A DNA stretch of 64,000 nucleotides, from contig CBDETY010000003.1 of the NCBI GenBank assembly GCA_965243025.1, positions 512,001-576,000 on the forward strand, given 5' to 3'. A model generated the notes under the pieces. It was not told the origin of the DNA and did no database searches. It saw nothing but the letters and a program-made list of their open reading frames with translations. Position numbers and translations under genes: made by a program. This document shows positions 1-8,975 of this stretch, piece after piece. How positions within the stretch are numbered: the first letter of the stretch is position 1; each line of letters opens with the position of its first letter. The stretch is from Candidatus Latescibacterota bacterium. Lineage in GTDB: Bacteria; Latescibacterota; UBA2968; UBA8231.

Positions 1-367
1 TCTTCAGCAATCCCGGGTTGACGTCCTCCCGCCTCTCGATTCCGCGGCTGCGCATGAAGCGGTCGACCAGGGTTTCGTCGACGGCGACATCCACCCCCAT
101 GATCGCCGCCATCACCTCGACGGTGAGGTCGTCGGGAGTCGGGCCGAGGCCGCCGCTGGTGATCGCGATCCGCGCGCCGCGGCCGCAGGCGTCGGACAGC
201 ACCCCGGAAATCTCACCCGCGTCGTCGTCGACAATGGCGATGCGCCGCACGTACCCCCCGAGAGCGGCGATCTGGCGCGCCATCCACCAGGAGTTGGTGT
301 CCTGGATCTGGCCGTTGAGCAACTCGGTGCCGATGGAGTAGATCTCTATGGCGGGCAGGTTGTTCAT
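1..367 (-). CDS. CinA-like / molybdopterin-binding (MoCF_biosynth) domain protein, runs off the left edge
   Basis: Not in the ORF track. Manual translation from ATG at 367: MNNLPAIEIYSIGTELLNGQIQDTNSWWMARQI...RIAIVDDD...ITSGGLGPTPDDLT, the CinA N-terminal motifs (GTELL.G...DTN; GGLGPT.DD.T). Confidence 0.85.
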   Translation of the reverse strand, partial: MNNLPAIEIYSIGTELLNGQIQDTNSWWMARQIAALGGYVRRIAIVDDDAGEISGVLSDACGRGARIAITSGGLGPTPDDLTVEVMAAIMGVDVAVDETLVDRFMRSRGIERREDVNPGLLK

Positions 368-385
368 CGCTCTTTCCGGTTCGGG

Positions 386-952
386 TCAACGGGCTTCGAG
401 GGCGCGGCGCACCTCTGCGGCAGGCAACTCGTGGTCCACCGCTGAAAAATCGGTGGTGTCGACCTCCAGTATGTCGCCGTCGAAATCGAGCAGCCCCATC
501 CTGCCGCGCTCGAGCCCGGGACGGATCTCGGCGAAGAGCTCGCGGTCGGCGTGCCCGGGGTGGCGCCCCCTTTCCATACGCTGCCGGAAGCGCTCCACCA
601 GCACCGGACCGGGGGCGTGGCACTGGATCTGGAACAGGTCGAAGGGGAGGTCCGACCGGATCGCGGCAAGCTGCTCAGCGGCTTTATCCGGGTCGAAGTT
701 GCTCTCGGCGATCAGCGACAGGCCTGCCGACAGCAGGCGGCGCACCTGGCGGTAGAGGATCGCATAGGCGGCGCCGCTGAGCTCGAGGGACCGCTCGCGG
801 CCCCCGTATCCGAGGGCGTCGAACAGTGCTTCCTTGATGTCGTCCTTGGCGAGCATCGGGAGGGCGAGCTCGGATGAGAGCCTTGCCGCGACGCCGGTCT
901 TGCCGGTGCAGGGTAACCCGGTCACGAGGACGAGGAGGGGCCGGGAGGTCAT
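386..952 (-). CDS. P-loop kinase (AAA_33-like)
   Basis: C-terminal part of ORF 386..2239. MTSRPLLVLVTGLPCTGKT Walker A, 'KDDIKEALFD'; ATG overlaps the stop of the upstream gene (ATGA). Confidence 0.8.
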   Translation of the reverse strand: MTSRPLLVLVTGLPCTGKTGVAARLSSELALPMLAKDDIKEALFDALGYGGRERSLELSGAAYAILYRQVRRLLSAGLSLIAESNFDPDKAAEQLAAIRSDLPFDLFQIQCHAPGPVLVERFRQRMERGRHPGHADRELFAEIRPGLERGRMGLLDFDGDILEVDTTDFSAVDHELPAAEVRRALEAR

Positions 953-2136
953 CGCGGAGGGGCCGCTCCTCCCGCCGGCGCCCGCTCCCTTTCTTCGTGC
1001 AGCCGCATCATGATCTGGTGATGCCCGAGGCCCTGGCCGCGCAGCTCGTCGAAGCGTCCGGAGTCGACCCCCTCCCAGCTGAGGAAGCCGCGGATGTCGT
1101 AGCGCCCCTCCTCTTCGACGGCCAGGTCCCCCGCCTCGATCATCAGCTCCAGCGGGTATTCCCGCTCGGCGAGCGGCAGGTGGACGACCCGTCGCCGCCG
1201 CGCCGATTCGTAGAGGGACATCATGATCTCGACGGTAACCCGGGCCTGGCGCCCGGCGCCGCGGTGCTCCGGACCCCCCTCGATCCAGGCGATCAGCTCG
1301 CGCACCTGGGCGGCGTTGGTGTTGCCGCCGATGGCGGCGATCTCCTCCTCCCCGAGGTCGATCCCGCGCCAGCCCCCGGTCTCGCCGTTGAACAGCGACA
1401 CCCTGGCCTCGCTGACGGCGAGCATCCCCTCGGAGCCGCGGACCAGAAAGGAGCCGGCCCCGGCGTCCTCCATGTCGAGGTCGCACTGGATCGTCATCTG
1501 GGCGCCGCTGTCGAAATGGACCAGGCCGATGCAGCAGTCCTCTATCGGCGTGTTGCGCTCGTGGCGGTCGGTGCGGCGCTCGACCGCCCCCATCACCCAG
1601 ACCGGCTTCGGGTCGCCGAGGACGAAGCGCCCCCCGTCGATGGTGTGGGTGCCGCAGTTCAACAGGCCGTGCCCGACCTTGTTGTCGACGGTGAGGGCCT
1701 TTCCTATCGCCCCTTCCCCCACCAGCTCCCTGGCGCGCTCCCAGCCGCGCGTGAAGCGCCGCTGGTGGCTGACCACGAGCCGTGTGCCGCCGGCGTCGCA
1801 GGCCTCGACCATGCGGTCGGCGTCCGCCATGCTGACCGCCATCGGCTTCTCGCAGATCACCCCCCCGACCCCCGCACGGGCGGCGGCGATCACCGGCTCG
1901 GGATGCAGCCGGTGCCAGGTGCAGACGCTGACGATGTCGGGCGAACACCCGGCGAGCAGCTCGTCGACGCCGGCGAACTCCTCGAGGGGTCCGTACTCGC
2001 GGACGTACTGGCGGCGCGCCTCGGCCACCGGGTCGGCGACGGCGACGATCTCGACCCCGGCGAGGCGGTACCCCTCGGCATGGGCGTGGCCGATGGATCC
2101 GCAGCCGACGATGGCGGCGGTGTAATTCTTCGACAT
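949..2136 (-). CDS. Gfo/Idh/MocA family oxidoreductase
   Basis: AAIVGCGSIG Rossmann motif, ICEKPMA, 'GTHTID'; GGAG RBS upstream. Confidence 0.9.
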   Translation of the reverse strand: MSKNYTAAIVGCGSIGHAHAEGYRLAGVEIVAVADPVAEARRQYVREYGPLEEFAGVDELLAGCSPDIVSVCTWHRLHPEPVIAAARAGVGGVICEKPMAVSMADADRMVEACDAGGTRLVVSHQRRFTRGWERARELVGEGAIGKALTVDNKVGHGLLNCGTHTIDGGRFVLGDPKPVWVMGAVERRTDRHERNTPIEDCCIGLVHFDSGAQMTIQCDLDMEDAGAGSFLVRGSEGMLAVSEARVSLFNGETGGWRGIDLGEEEIAAIGGNTNAAQVRELIAWIEGGPEHRGAGRQARVTVEIMMSLYESARRRRVVHLPLAEREYPLELMIEAGDLAVEEEGRYDIRGFLSWEGVDSGRFDELRGQGLGHHQIMMRLHEERERAPAGGAAPPR

Positions 2137-2261
2137 GGAGCAGCTCCTTTTCGGCGGGCCCTACAAAGCCGCTTTTGCCCATGCCGGTCAAGCACTTGCC
2201 GCCCTCCTGCGGATGCCGGAGCTTGAGGGCGGGGAGCATCCCCGGGGATGATTATCGATCG

Positions 2262-3827
2262 ATGAACATCGGCAAGCTGCTGACCAAGTCCGCCCGCAGT
2301 TTCCCGGAGTACCCCGCCACGCTGCAGGGGCCGGAGAAGCAGACCTACGCCGGGTTCGACCGGCGCGCCAACCAGCTCGCCAACGGGCTGCGGCGCCTCG
2401 GAATCCGCAGGGGGGACCACGTCGCGGTGCTGATGTACAACTGCCCGCAGATGCTCGAGTCGATGTTCGCCTGCTTCAAGGCCGGCTGCGGCGCGGTGCC
2501 GATCAACTTCCGCCTGCACCCGCGCGAGTTCGCCTTCATCATCGACCACAGCGAAGCGAAAGCGGTCCTGGTTTCTCCCGAGTTCGTCGGGCCGCTGCGG
2601 GAGGTCTCCGGCCTCCTTTCCCGCTCTCCCCGGGTGATCGCGACCGCCGGGGCCGGGGGGGAGGTCATCGACTACGAGGAGCTGCTCGCCGCCGAGTCCG
2701 GGGAGTTCGACGACGCCGACGTCGGCCCGGAGGAGGTCGCCTGGCTGTTCTACACCTCCGGCACCACCGGGCAGCCCAAGGGGGCGATGCTGACGCACCG
2801 CAACCTGCTGGCGATGACGTCGAGCTTCTACGCCGACATGATGCCGGGCTGCGGCCCGGACGACGTGGTACTGCTGGCGGCGCCCCTCTCCCACGGCAGC
2901 GGCCTCTACGCGCTTCCCAACGTCGCCAAGGCCGCCCTCAACGTGATCCCCGCGGGCAAGTCGTTCGCTGCCGGGGAGGTGCTTCAGCTGATCGAGCGCC
3001 ACCGGGTCACCAACCTGTTCGCCGCCCCGACGATGATCAAGCTGCTGCTCGAGCACCCGCGGCTCGACCGCTTCGACCTCGGGTCCCTGAAGGCGCTGGT
3101 GTACGGCGGCGGCCCGATGCTGGTCGAGGACATGCGGGAGGCGCTGCGCCGGCTCGGCCCCTGCCTCGTGCAGCTGTACGGCCAGGGGGAATCGCCGATG
3201 ACGATCTCCTACCTCTCCCGCAGCGACCACGTCGTCGACGGCACCCCCGAACAGATGGGGCGCCTCGGGTCGGCCGGGATCGCGCGCACCGAGGTCGAGG
3301 TGAAGATCGTCGACGGGGAGGACAACGAGCTGCCCGCCGGAGAGATGGGGGAGATCGCGACCCGCTCCGACCTCGTCATGAAGGGGTACTGGCGCGACCC
3401 GGAGGCGACCGCCGAGACCCTGAGGAACGGCTGGCTGCACACCGGGGACGTCGGCTACATGGACGAGAAGGGGTACCTCTTCCTGATGGACCGCTCCAAG
3501 GACCTGATCATCAGCGGCGGCGAGAACATCTACCCGCGCGAGATCGAGGAGGTCCTCGCAGAGCATCCGGCGGTGCGGGAGGTGGCCGTGGTCGGGGCGC
3601 CCGACCCGAAATGGGGGGAGGCGGTGACCGCGGTGGTCGCCGCGGTTCCGGGGCGCGAGGTCTCCGGGGAAGAGCTGATCGAGTTCTGCCGCGAGCGGAT
3701 CGCCAGCTACAAGAAGCCGAAGAGGGTGGAGTTCGTCGACGAGCTGCCGAAGAACAACTACGGAAAGATCCTCAAGCGGGAGCTGCGCGACCGCTACTGG
3801 CAGGGCCACGAACGCAAGGTCGTGTAA
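2262..3827 (+). CDS. Acyl-CoA synthetase / long-chain fatty acid-CoA ligase (ANL superfamily)
   Basis: YTSGTTGQPKG AMP-binding motif, YGQGE, GWLHTGD, DRSKDLIISGGENIYPREIE, LPKNNYGKILK; start taken at MNIGKLL. Confidence 0.93.
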   Translation: MNIGKLLTKSARSFPEYPATLQGPEKQTYAGFDRRANQLANGLRRLGIRRGDHVAVLMYNCPQMLESMFACFKAGCGAVPINFRLHPREFAFIIDHSEAKAVLVSPEFVGPLREVSGLLSRSPRVIATAGAGGEVIDYEELLAAESGEFDDADVGPEEVAWLFYTSGTTGQPKGAMLTHRNLLAMTSSFYADMMPGCGPDDVVLLAAPLSHGSGLYALPNVAKAALNVIPAGKSFAAGEVLQLIERHRVTNLFAAPTMIKLLLEHPRLDRFDLGSLKALVYGGGPMLVEDMREALRRLGPCLVQLYGQGESPMTISYLSRSDHVVDGTPEQMGRLGSAGIARTEVEVKIVDGEDNELPAGEMGEIATRSDLVMKGYWRDPEATAETLRNGWLHTGDVGYMDEKGYLFLMDRSKDLIISGGENIYPREIEEVLAEHPAVREVAVVGAPDPKWGEAVTAVVAAVPGREVSGEELIEFCRERIASYKKPKRVEFVDELPKNNYGKILKRELRDRYWQGHERKVV

Positions 3828-3841
3828 CCGGGAGGGCGGCA

Positions 3842-5107
3842 ATGGGAAAGAGACGAAAGCTGGGCAGGGGCGTCGCCGTGGTCGGCGCCGGCATGTCGGA
3901 GTTCGGCATGTTCGACGACAGGGACTCGAAGGACCTGTTCACCGACGCCTTCACCGCCATGCTGGCATCGGTCGACAAGGGGGTGGACCCGCGCGACATC
4001 GACGCCCTCTACTTCGGCAACTTCACCAACGACTACTTCGTGGCGCAGTCGCACTGGAGCGCCATCCTGTCCGACGCCGTCGGGCTGGTGCCGAAGCCGG
4101 CGACCCGCACCGAGGGGGCCTGCGCCTCGAGCGCTCTCGCCTTCCGGGAGGGCGCGTTCGCCATCGCCTCGGGGTTCTACGACATGGTGCTGGTCGGCGG
4201 CGTCGAGGAGATGTCGAAGCGCACCACCGCCGAGGTGGCCGAGGGGCTCGCCCTGGCCGCGGTCCCGTACGAGCGCAAGGCCGGGTTCACCTTCCCCGGG
4301 GTGTTCGGCACCATCGCCACCGCCTACTTCGACCGGCACGGGGCCGGCCGCGAGCACCTGATGAACGTCACCATCAAGAGCCACGAGAACGCCGCCCTCA
4401 ATCCCAGGGCCCAGTTCAACCAGTCGATCCGCGACATCATGAAGGGGAAAGCGGAGCGCGCCCGGGCGAAGGGGGAGCCCGTTCCCGAATGGGCCGACGA
4501 AAAAGAGTTCCTCCGGGATGCCAAGGCCAACCCCGCGGTCGCCTGGCCCATCCACCTGTTCGACTGCTGCCCGATAAGCGACGGGGCCGCCTGCCTGCTG
4601 CTCGTCGGCGAGGAGATGGCCTCCAGCTTCACCGACGCCCCGCTCCACGTCGCCGGCCTCGGCCAGGGAAGCGGCCGGGGCCTGCACGCGGCGGAGGACC
4701 TGACCAGCTTCGAGGCGACGCGGGCGGCCGCGGCCGAGGCCTACGACATGGCCGGCATCGGTCCGGGGGAGATCGACCTGGCCGAGGTGCACGACTGCTT
4801 CTCGATAGCCGAGCTGATCCATATCGAGGACCTCGGCTTCTTCGAGCCGGGGCAGGGGTGCCGGGCTGCTGCGGACGGCCAGACCCGTCTCGACGCCGCA
4901 ATGCCCGTCAACACCTCAGGCGGGCTCAAGTGCAAGGGGCACCCGGTGGGGGCCACCGGCTCGGCGCAGCTGATCGAGATCTGGGAGCAGCTGCGGCAGC
5001 AGGCGGGAGAGCGGCAGGCCGGCAGCGGCGATTTGCGCTTCGGGGCCGCCCACAACCTCGGCGGCACCGGCGGCACCTGCACCTACACAATCCTGGAGCG
5101 GAGGTAG
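3842..5107 (+). CDS. SCP2/archaeal-type thiolase-domain protein
   Basis: VAVVGAGMSEFG, EGACASS (catalytic Cys), AEVHDCF, NTSGGLKCKGHPVGATG, HNLGG. Confidence 0.9.
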   Translation: MGKRRKLGRGVAVVGAGMSEFGMFDDRDSKDLFTDAFTAMLASVDKGVDPRDIDALYFGNFTNDYFVAQSHWSAILSDAVGLVPKPATRTEGACASSALAFREGAFAIASGFYDMVLVGGVEEMSKRTTAEVAEGLALAAVPYERKAGFTFPGVFGTIATAYFDRHGAGREHLMNVTIKSHENAALNPRAQFNQSIRDIMKGKAERARAKGEPVPEWADEKEFLRDAKANPAVAWPIHLFDCCPISDGAACLLLVGEEMASSFTDAPLHVAGLGQGSGRGLHAAEDLTSFEATRAAAAEAYDMAGIGPGEIDLAEVHDCFSIAELIHIEDLGFFEPGQGCRAAADGQTRLDAAMPVNTSGGLKCKGHPVGATGSAQLIEIWEQLRQQAGERQAGSGDLRFGAAHNLGGTGGTCTYTILERR

Positions 5108-5109
5108 CT

Positions 5110-5538
5110 ATGTCCGGGGCGGCGGCCGCCCGGCCGGTCAACGACCACTCGTTCGAGCGCTTCCTCGGCGAGGAGAAGCTGATGGGGGCGCGCTGCCGTT
5201 CCTGCGCGGCTCTCTACGTGCCGCCGCGGGCGCTCTGCCCCCGCTGCTTCGGCACCGGCATGGAGTGGGAGCAGATGCGGGGGACCGGGACCCTGGCCGG
5301 GTTCACGAGCATCGCCATCGGGCCGCGGTTCATGGCCGAGGAGGGGTACGGCCGCGGCAACCCCTACTGCACCGGGGTGGTAGAGCTGCGGGAAGGGGCG
5401 CGGGTCGTCGCCCGCATCGAGGGGGTCGACCCGGGGGCGCCGGAAGCCCTGGCGGTCGGCACCCCGGTGAAGGTGAAGTTTCTGCACTGGGACGGAGCCG
5501 GCGGGCAGCGGACCTTCCTCGCCTTCGAGCCGGTGTGA
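5110..5538 (+). CDS. DUF35 Zn-ribbon/OB-fold protein (thiolase partner)
   Basis: CRSC...YVPPRALCPRC zinc ribbon, GTLAGFT, GVVELREG, VGTPVKV; directly after the thiolase with GAGG RBS. Confidence 0.88.
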   Translation: MSGAAAARPVNDHSFERFLGEEKLMGARCRSCAALYVPPRALCPRCFGTGMEWEQMRGTGTLAGFTSIAIGPRFMAEEGYGRGNPYCTGVVELREGARVVARIEGVDPGAPEALAVGTPVKVKFLHWDGAGGQRTFLAFEPV

Positions 5539-5641
5539 GGACTACCCTTCGTCCCATTCCGTCCCAGAACCTCACAGCAAATCGATTATAATCGGGCCGC
5601 CGTGACCCCGCGCTGCCGTTCAGACCCGGACAGCCCTTACT

Positions 5642-6016
5642 TCACGACATGATGGCGTAGGCTTCGATCTCGACGAACAGGTGCGGTTTCAGGAGCGCGG
5701 CGATGACCACCATGGTCGATGCCGGCATGACGCCGCCGAAGGCCTCTCCGTGGGCGCGCGTCACCCCGTCGGCGTGTTCGACGCCGGTGATGTAGACGAC
5801 GGTGCGCACGACGTCGGCGAGCGAAGCCCCGGCCTCGGCGAGGGCGTTCTCGATGATCCGCAGGGCCGCGGCGGCCTGCTCGTATGCGTTCCCCGTGTCG
5901 TGCGGCGGCTGGGCGCAGGTGCCGGCGACGTGGATCTGTTCGCCTACCCTGACGGCGCGCGAGTACCCGTAGGCCGCGGGGAATTCTCCCGGCGCGGGGA
6001 TGTTCTTGCGTTGCAT
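5642..6016 (-). CDS. RidA/YjgF/UK114 family protein
   Basis: GYSRAVRVG, ASLADVVRTVVY, PASTMVVIAAL...VEIEA. Confidence 0.9.
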   Translation of the reverse strand: MQRKNIPAPGEFPAAYGYSRAVRVGEQIHVAGTCAQPPHDTGNAYEQAAAALRIIENALAEAGASLADVVRTVVYITGVEHADGVTRAHGEAFGGVMPASTMVVIAALLKPHLFVEIEAYAIMS

Positions 6017-6066
6017 CGGCTCCTCCTCTTCGTTTCAGCGCTGACAATCGAAAGAAAGGACTCAAT

Positions 6067-7080
6067 ATGGGCCATTACGTCTACGTTCCCACAGCCGGCG
6101 AACCGAGGCTGATGATCCTCGAGCTCGACCCGGCCTCGGGAGGCCTGACCCCGAAGGGGGAGATCGAGCTGCGCGCCCCCGGGGGTGCCATGTGCACGGA
6201 CCCGGACCGGAGGTTCCTGTACGTGGCGACCCGGGAGGAGTCGGACATCGCCGTCGCCACCTGCCGCATCGACTCGGACGGCGGCCTCGCCCCGGTCGGC
6301 GAGGTCGATTTCGAGGGCTGCTACCCCTGCTACCTGGCGACGGACCGCCGCGGCCGCTTCCTGCTGGCTGCCTACTACAGCGACGGCCTGGTCACCGTGC
6401 ACCCGATCGGCAGCGACGGGGCCGCCTGCGGGCCTCCCGCCGACCTCCATGAAACCGAGCGCTTCGCCCACTGGGTGGCGACCGACCCGTCCAACCGCTA
6501 CGCCTTCGTGCCCCACGTCGAGAGCGCCAACGCCGTCTACCAGTTCCTGTTCGACGAGGACACCGGCAGGCTGACCCCCAACGGCAAGACCGCGGCCGGC
6601 CCCGGACAGGGTCCGCGCCACATGGCCTTCCACCCCCGGCTCGACGTGATGTACGCCGACAACGAGCAGGAGTGCAGCGTCACCGTGTACCGCCTCGACC
6701 CGGACAGCGGCAAGCTCGAGGCGGTGCAGACCGAGTCGACCCTGCCTGCCGGCGGGTTCGAGGGGGAGAAGTCGAACGCCCAGCTCCACCTGCACCCGGA
6801 CGGGCGCGCCGTGTACGCCTCGAACCGGGGGCCGGACAGCATCGCCATGTTCGCCGTGGACCCGGGAAGCGGCGCCATCGCCTCCCTGGGGCAGCAGCCT
6901 GCCGGCGAGATGCCCCGCTCCTTCGGGATCGACGCCGACGGCGGCTACCTGCTCTCGGGAGCCGACAGGTCCAACACCCTGATCTCGTTCGCCATCGACG
7001 GACAGGGCGCCCTCGAGCCGGCAGCCGAGTACGACGTCGGCGCCCCGTGCGCGTGGGTGCTTCCCGTAAAGGTGGAATAG
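6067..7080 (+). CDS. Lactonase family beta-propeller (6-phosphogluconolactonase-like)
   Basis: PCYL, AAYYSDG, FAHWV, GQGPRHMAFHP, YASNRGPDSI, PRSF motifs. Confidence 0.9.
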   Translation: MGHYVYVPTAGEPRLMILELDPASGGLTPKGEIELRAPGGAMCTDPDRRFLYVATREESDIAVATCRIDSDGGLAPVGEVDFEGCYPCYLATDRRGRFLLAAYYSDGLVTVHPIGSDGAACGPPADLHETERFAHWVATDPSNRYAFVPHVESANAVYQFLFDEDTGRLTPNGKTAAGPGQGPRHMAFHPRLDVMYADNEQECSVTVYRLDPDSGKLEAVQTESTLPAGGFEGEKSNAQLHLHPDGRAVYASNRGPDSIAMFAVDPGSGAIASLGQQPAGEMPRSFGIDADGGYLLSGADRSNTLISFAIDGQGALEPAAEYDVGAPCAWVLPVKVE

Positions 7081-7084
7081 GCGC

Positions 7085-8191
7085 ATGAAAATCACCGACG
7101 TTACCATCGACTGCTACGCCTGGCCGAAGCCGAAGCCGATCAGCAACGGCAAGTACACCTACAGGACGGTGGTGCTCAACCTCGTGAACGTGCACACCGA
7201 CGAAGGCCTGTCGGGAATCGGCTGGGGCGGAGGCACCGCGGCCACCCGCCCCGGGGCGGTCGGCGAGGCCCTGGTCGCCCACTTCCGGGAGGCCCTGATC
7301 GGGGAGGACCCCTTCGCCTACCGCCGCATCTGGGAGAACATGTGGCTGCCGAAGATCGTCGGTCGCCGCGGCATGTCGACGCACATCATCAGCGCCATCG
7401 ACATCGCCCTGTGGGACCTGATGGGGAAGGCCCTGAATAAACCGGTGCACAAGCTGCTGGGGGGGTTCACCGACCGCATCCCCGCATACGTCGCCGGGGG
7501 CTACTACGAGGAGGGGAAGGGGCTGAAGGAGCTGGCCCGGGAGATGGAGGAGAGCCTCGATCTCGGGGCCAGGGCGGTGAAGATGAAGGTCGGGGCGGTC
7601 CCGATAAACGAGGACGTCGAGCGCGTGCGGGTGGTGCGCGAGGCGATCGGCCCGGACATCAAGCTGCTCGTCGACGCCAACAACGCCTACGCCGCGTACG
7701 AGGCGATCGAGCTGGCGCGGAAGATCGAGCCGTTCGACGTCTTCTGGTTCGAGGAGCCGGTGGCCCCCGACGACTACCGCGGCCACGCCCAGGTGGCGAA
7801 GGCGACGGCGATCCCGATAGCCACCGGCGAGAACGAGTACACCCGCTACGGCTTCCGCGACCTCATCGAGCACGAGTCGGCCGCCATCTTCAACGCCGAC
7901 GCCCAGATCCTGGGGGGCATCACCGAGTTCATGAACGTCGCCGCCCTGGCCGCGGCGCAGGACCTGCGCATCGCCCCGCACGGCGCCCAGGAGATCCACA
8001 TCCACCTGGTGGCGGCGATCGCCAACGGCCTGATCCTCGAGTTCTACCGCGAGACCGTCGACCCGCTGCGGGGCCGCATCTTCAAGGAGCCGCTCAAGCT
8101 CGACGCCGAGGGCTGCGTGGCCGTGCCGGACCGCCCCGGCCTGGGGATGGAGCCGGACTACGAGCTGCTCGCGCAGTACCGCTCCGGCTAG
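7085..8191 (+). CDS. Mandelate racemase/muconate lactonizing enzyme family (sugar-acid dehydratase-like)
   Basis: SAIDIALWDLMGK, KMKVG, VDAN, WFEEP, TGENE, APH, PGLG. Confidence 0.92.
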   Translation: MKITDVTIDCYAWPKPKPISNGKYTYRTVVLNLVNVHTDEGLSGIGWGGGTAATRPGAVGEALVAHFREALIGEDPFAYRRIWENMWLPKIVGRRGMSTHIISAIDIALWDLMGKALNKPVHKLLGGFTDRIPAYVAGGYYEEGKGLKELAREMEESLDLGARAVKMKVGAVPINEDVERVRVVREAIGPDIKLLVDANNAYAAYEAIELARKIEPFDVFWFEEPVAPDDYRGHAQVAKATAIPIATGENEYTRYGFRDLIEHESAAIFNADAQILGGITEFMNVAALAAAQDLRIAPHGAQEIHIHLVAAIANGLILEFYRETVDPLRGRIFKEPLKLDAEGCVAVPDRPGLGMEPDYELLAQYRSG

Positions 8192-8225
8192 CCCCCCGGC
8201 GCCGCGGCCCCCGGGGGCAGGGGCC
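8191..8225. terminator. GC-rich hairpin between convergent genes, possible terminator
   Basis: GCCCCCCGG...CCGGGGGC inverted repeat right after the enolase stop; no U-tract. Confidence 0.3.
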
Positions 8226-8368
8226 AGCCGGTCGGCAGCAACCAGGTCGATGGCGAATTCACCCGGATAACGAGCTGCAGGACTCGGGTTGGCGCCTTCG
8301 GGCAACCGCCGGATTCACGCCGAATCAGCGGCCGCAGGCACTGGTTCTCCGGCAGGACCCCGCCGCGT

Positions 8369-8884
8369 TCATTCGTCATCCGGCGGGCCGGACTGGCCCT
8401 TTCTCCCGGCCAGGTCCCGGTCCATGAGGAAGATGCCGTCGCGGCTCTCGATGATCAGCTCCATGTCGCTGACGATCTGGCGGACTATGGCCTCTTCCTC
8501 GACCTGCTCGTTGACGAACCACTGCATGAAGGTGTGGGTGGCGTGGTCGCGCTCGGCGAGGGCGGCGTCCACTACCTCGTAGATCCTGTCGCTCAGGGCC
8601 CGCTCGCCCTCGAGGGCGAACTTGAAGGCCTCCAGGGGGGAGTTCCACTCGATCTGCGGCGACGTCACCGCCTGCAGGCGCACGCGGCCGTCGCGGTCGT
8701 TGATGAAGGCGTAGATCTTCTCCGCGTGCATCAGCTCCTCGTGGTACTGGATCTTCATCCAGTGGGCGAAACCGTTGAGCTCGAGGTCCTCGAAGTAGGC
8801 GGCCAGCGACAGGTAGGTGTAGGCGGAGAAAAACTCGGAGTTGAGCTGGTCGTTGAGGGCCTGCTGGATCTTTTCGCTGAGCAT
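8369..8884 (-). CDS. ftnA: Non-heme ferritin
   Basis: ALNDQLNSEFFSAYTYL, EELMHA, DHATHTFMQWFVNEQVEEE ferroxidase-centre pattern; 171 aa. Confidence 0.92.
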   Translation of the reverse strand: MLSEKIQQALNDQLNSEFFSAYTYLSLAAYFEDLELNGFAHWMKIQYHEELMHAEKIYAFINDRDGRVRLQAVTSPQIEWNSPLEAFKFALEGERALSDRIYEVVDAALAERDHATHTFMQWFVNEQVEEEAIVRQIVSDMELIIESRDGIFLMDRDLAGRKGQSGPPDDE

Positions 8885-8975
8885 TCCTGTTCCTTTCCAG
8901 GCAAGTGTTCGGCCGCTGTCCGGGCTCCCGGAGCCCCGGGGGAAGCGGTCGGTTCCATTCTGCAGCCCGGTAAAC

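Noticed and set aside
386-2239. 617-aa ORF suggesting a long kinase fusion
   Set aside because: The upstream part is an Arg-rich off-frame reading of the oxidoreductase; the real gene starts at 952.
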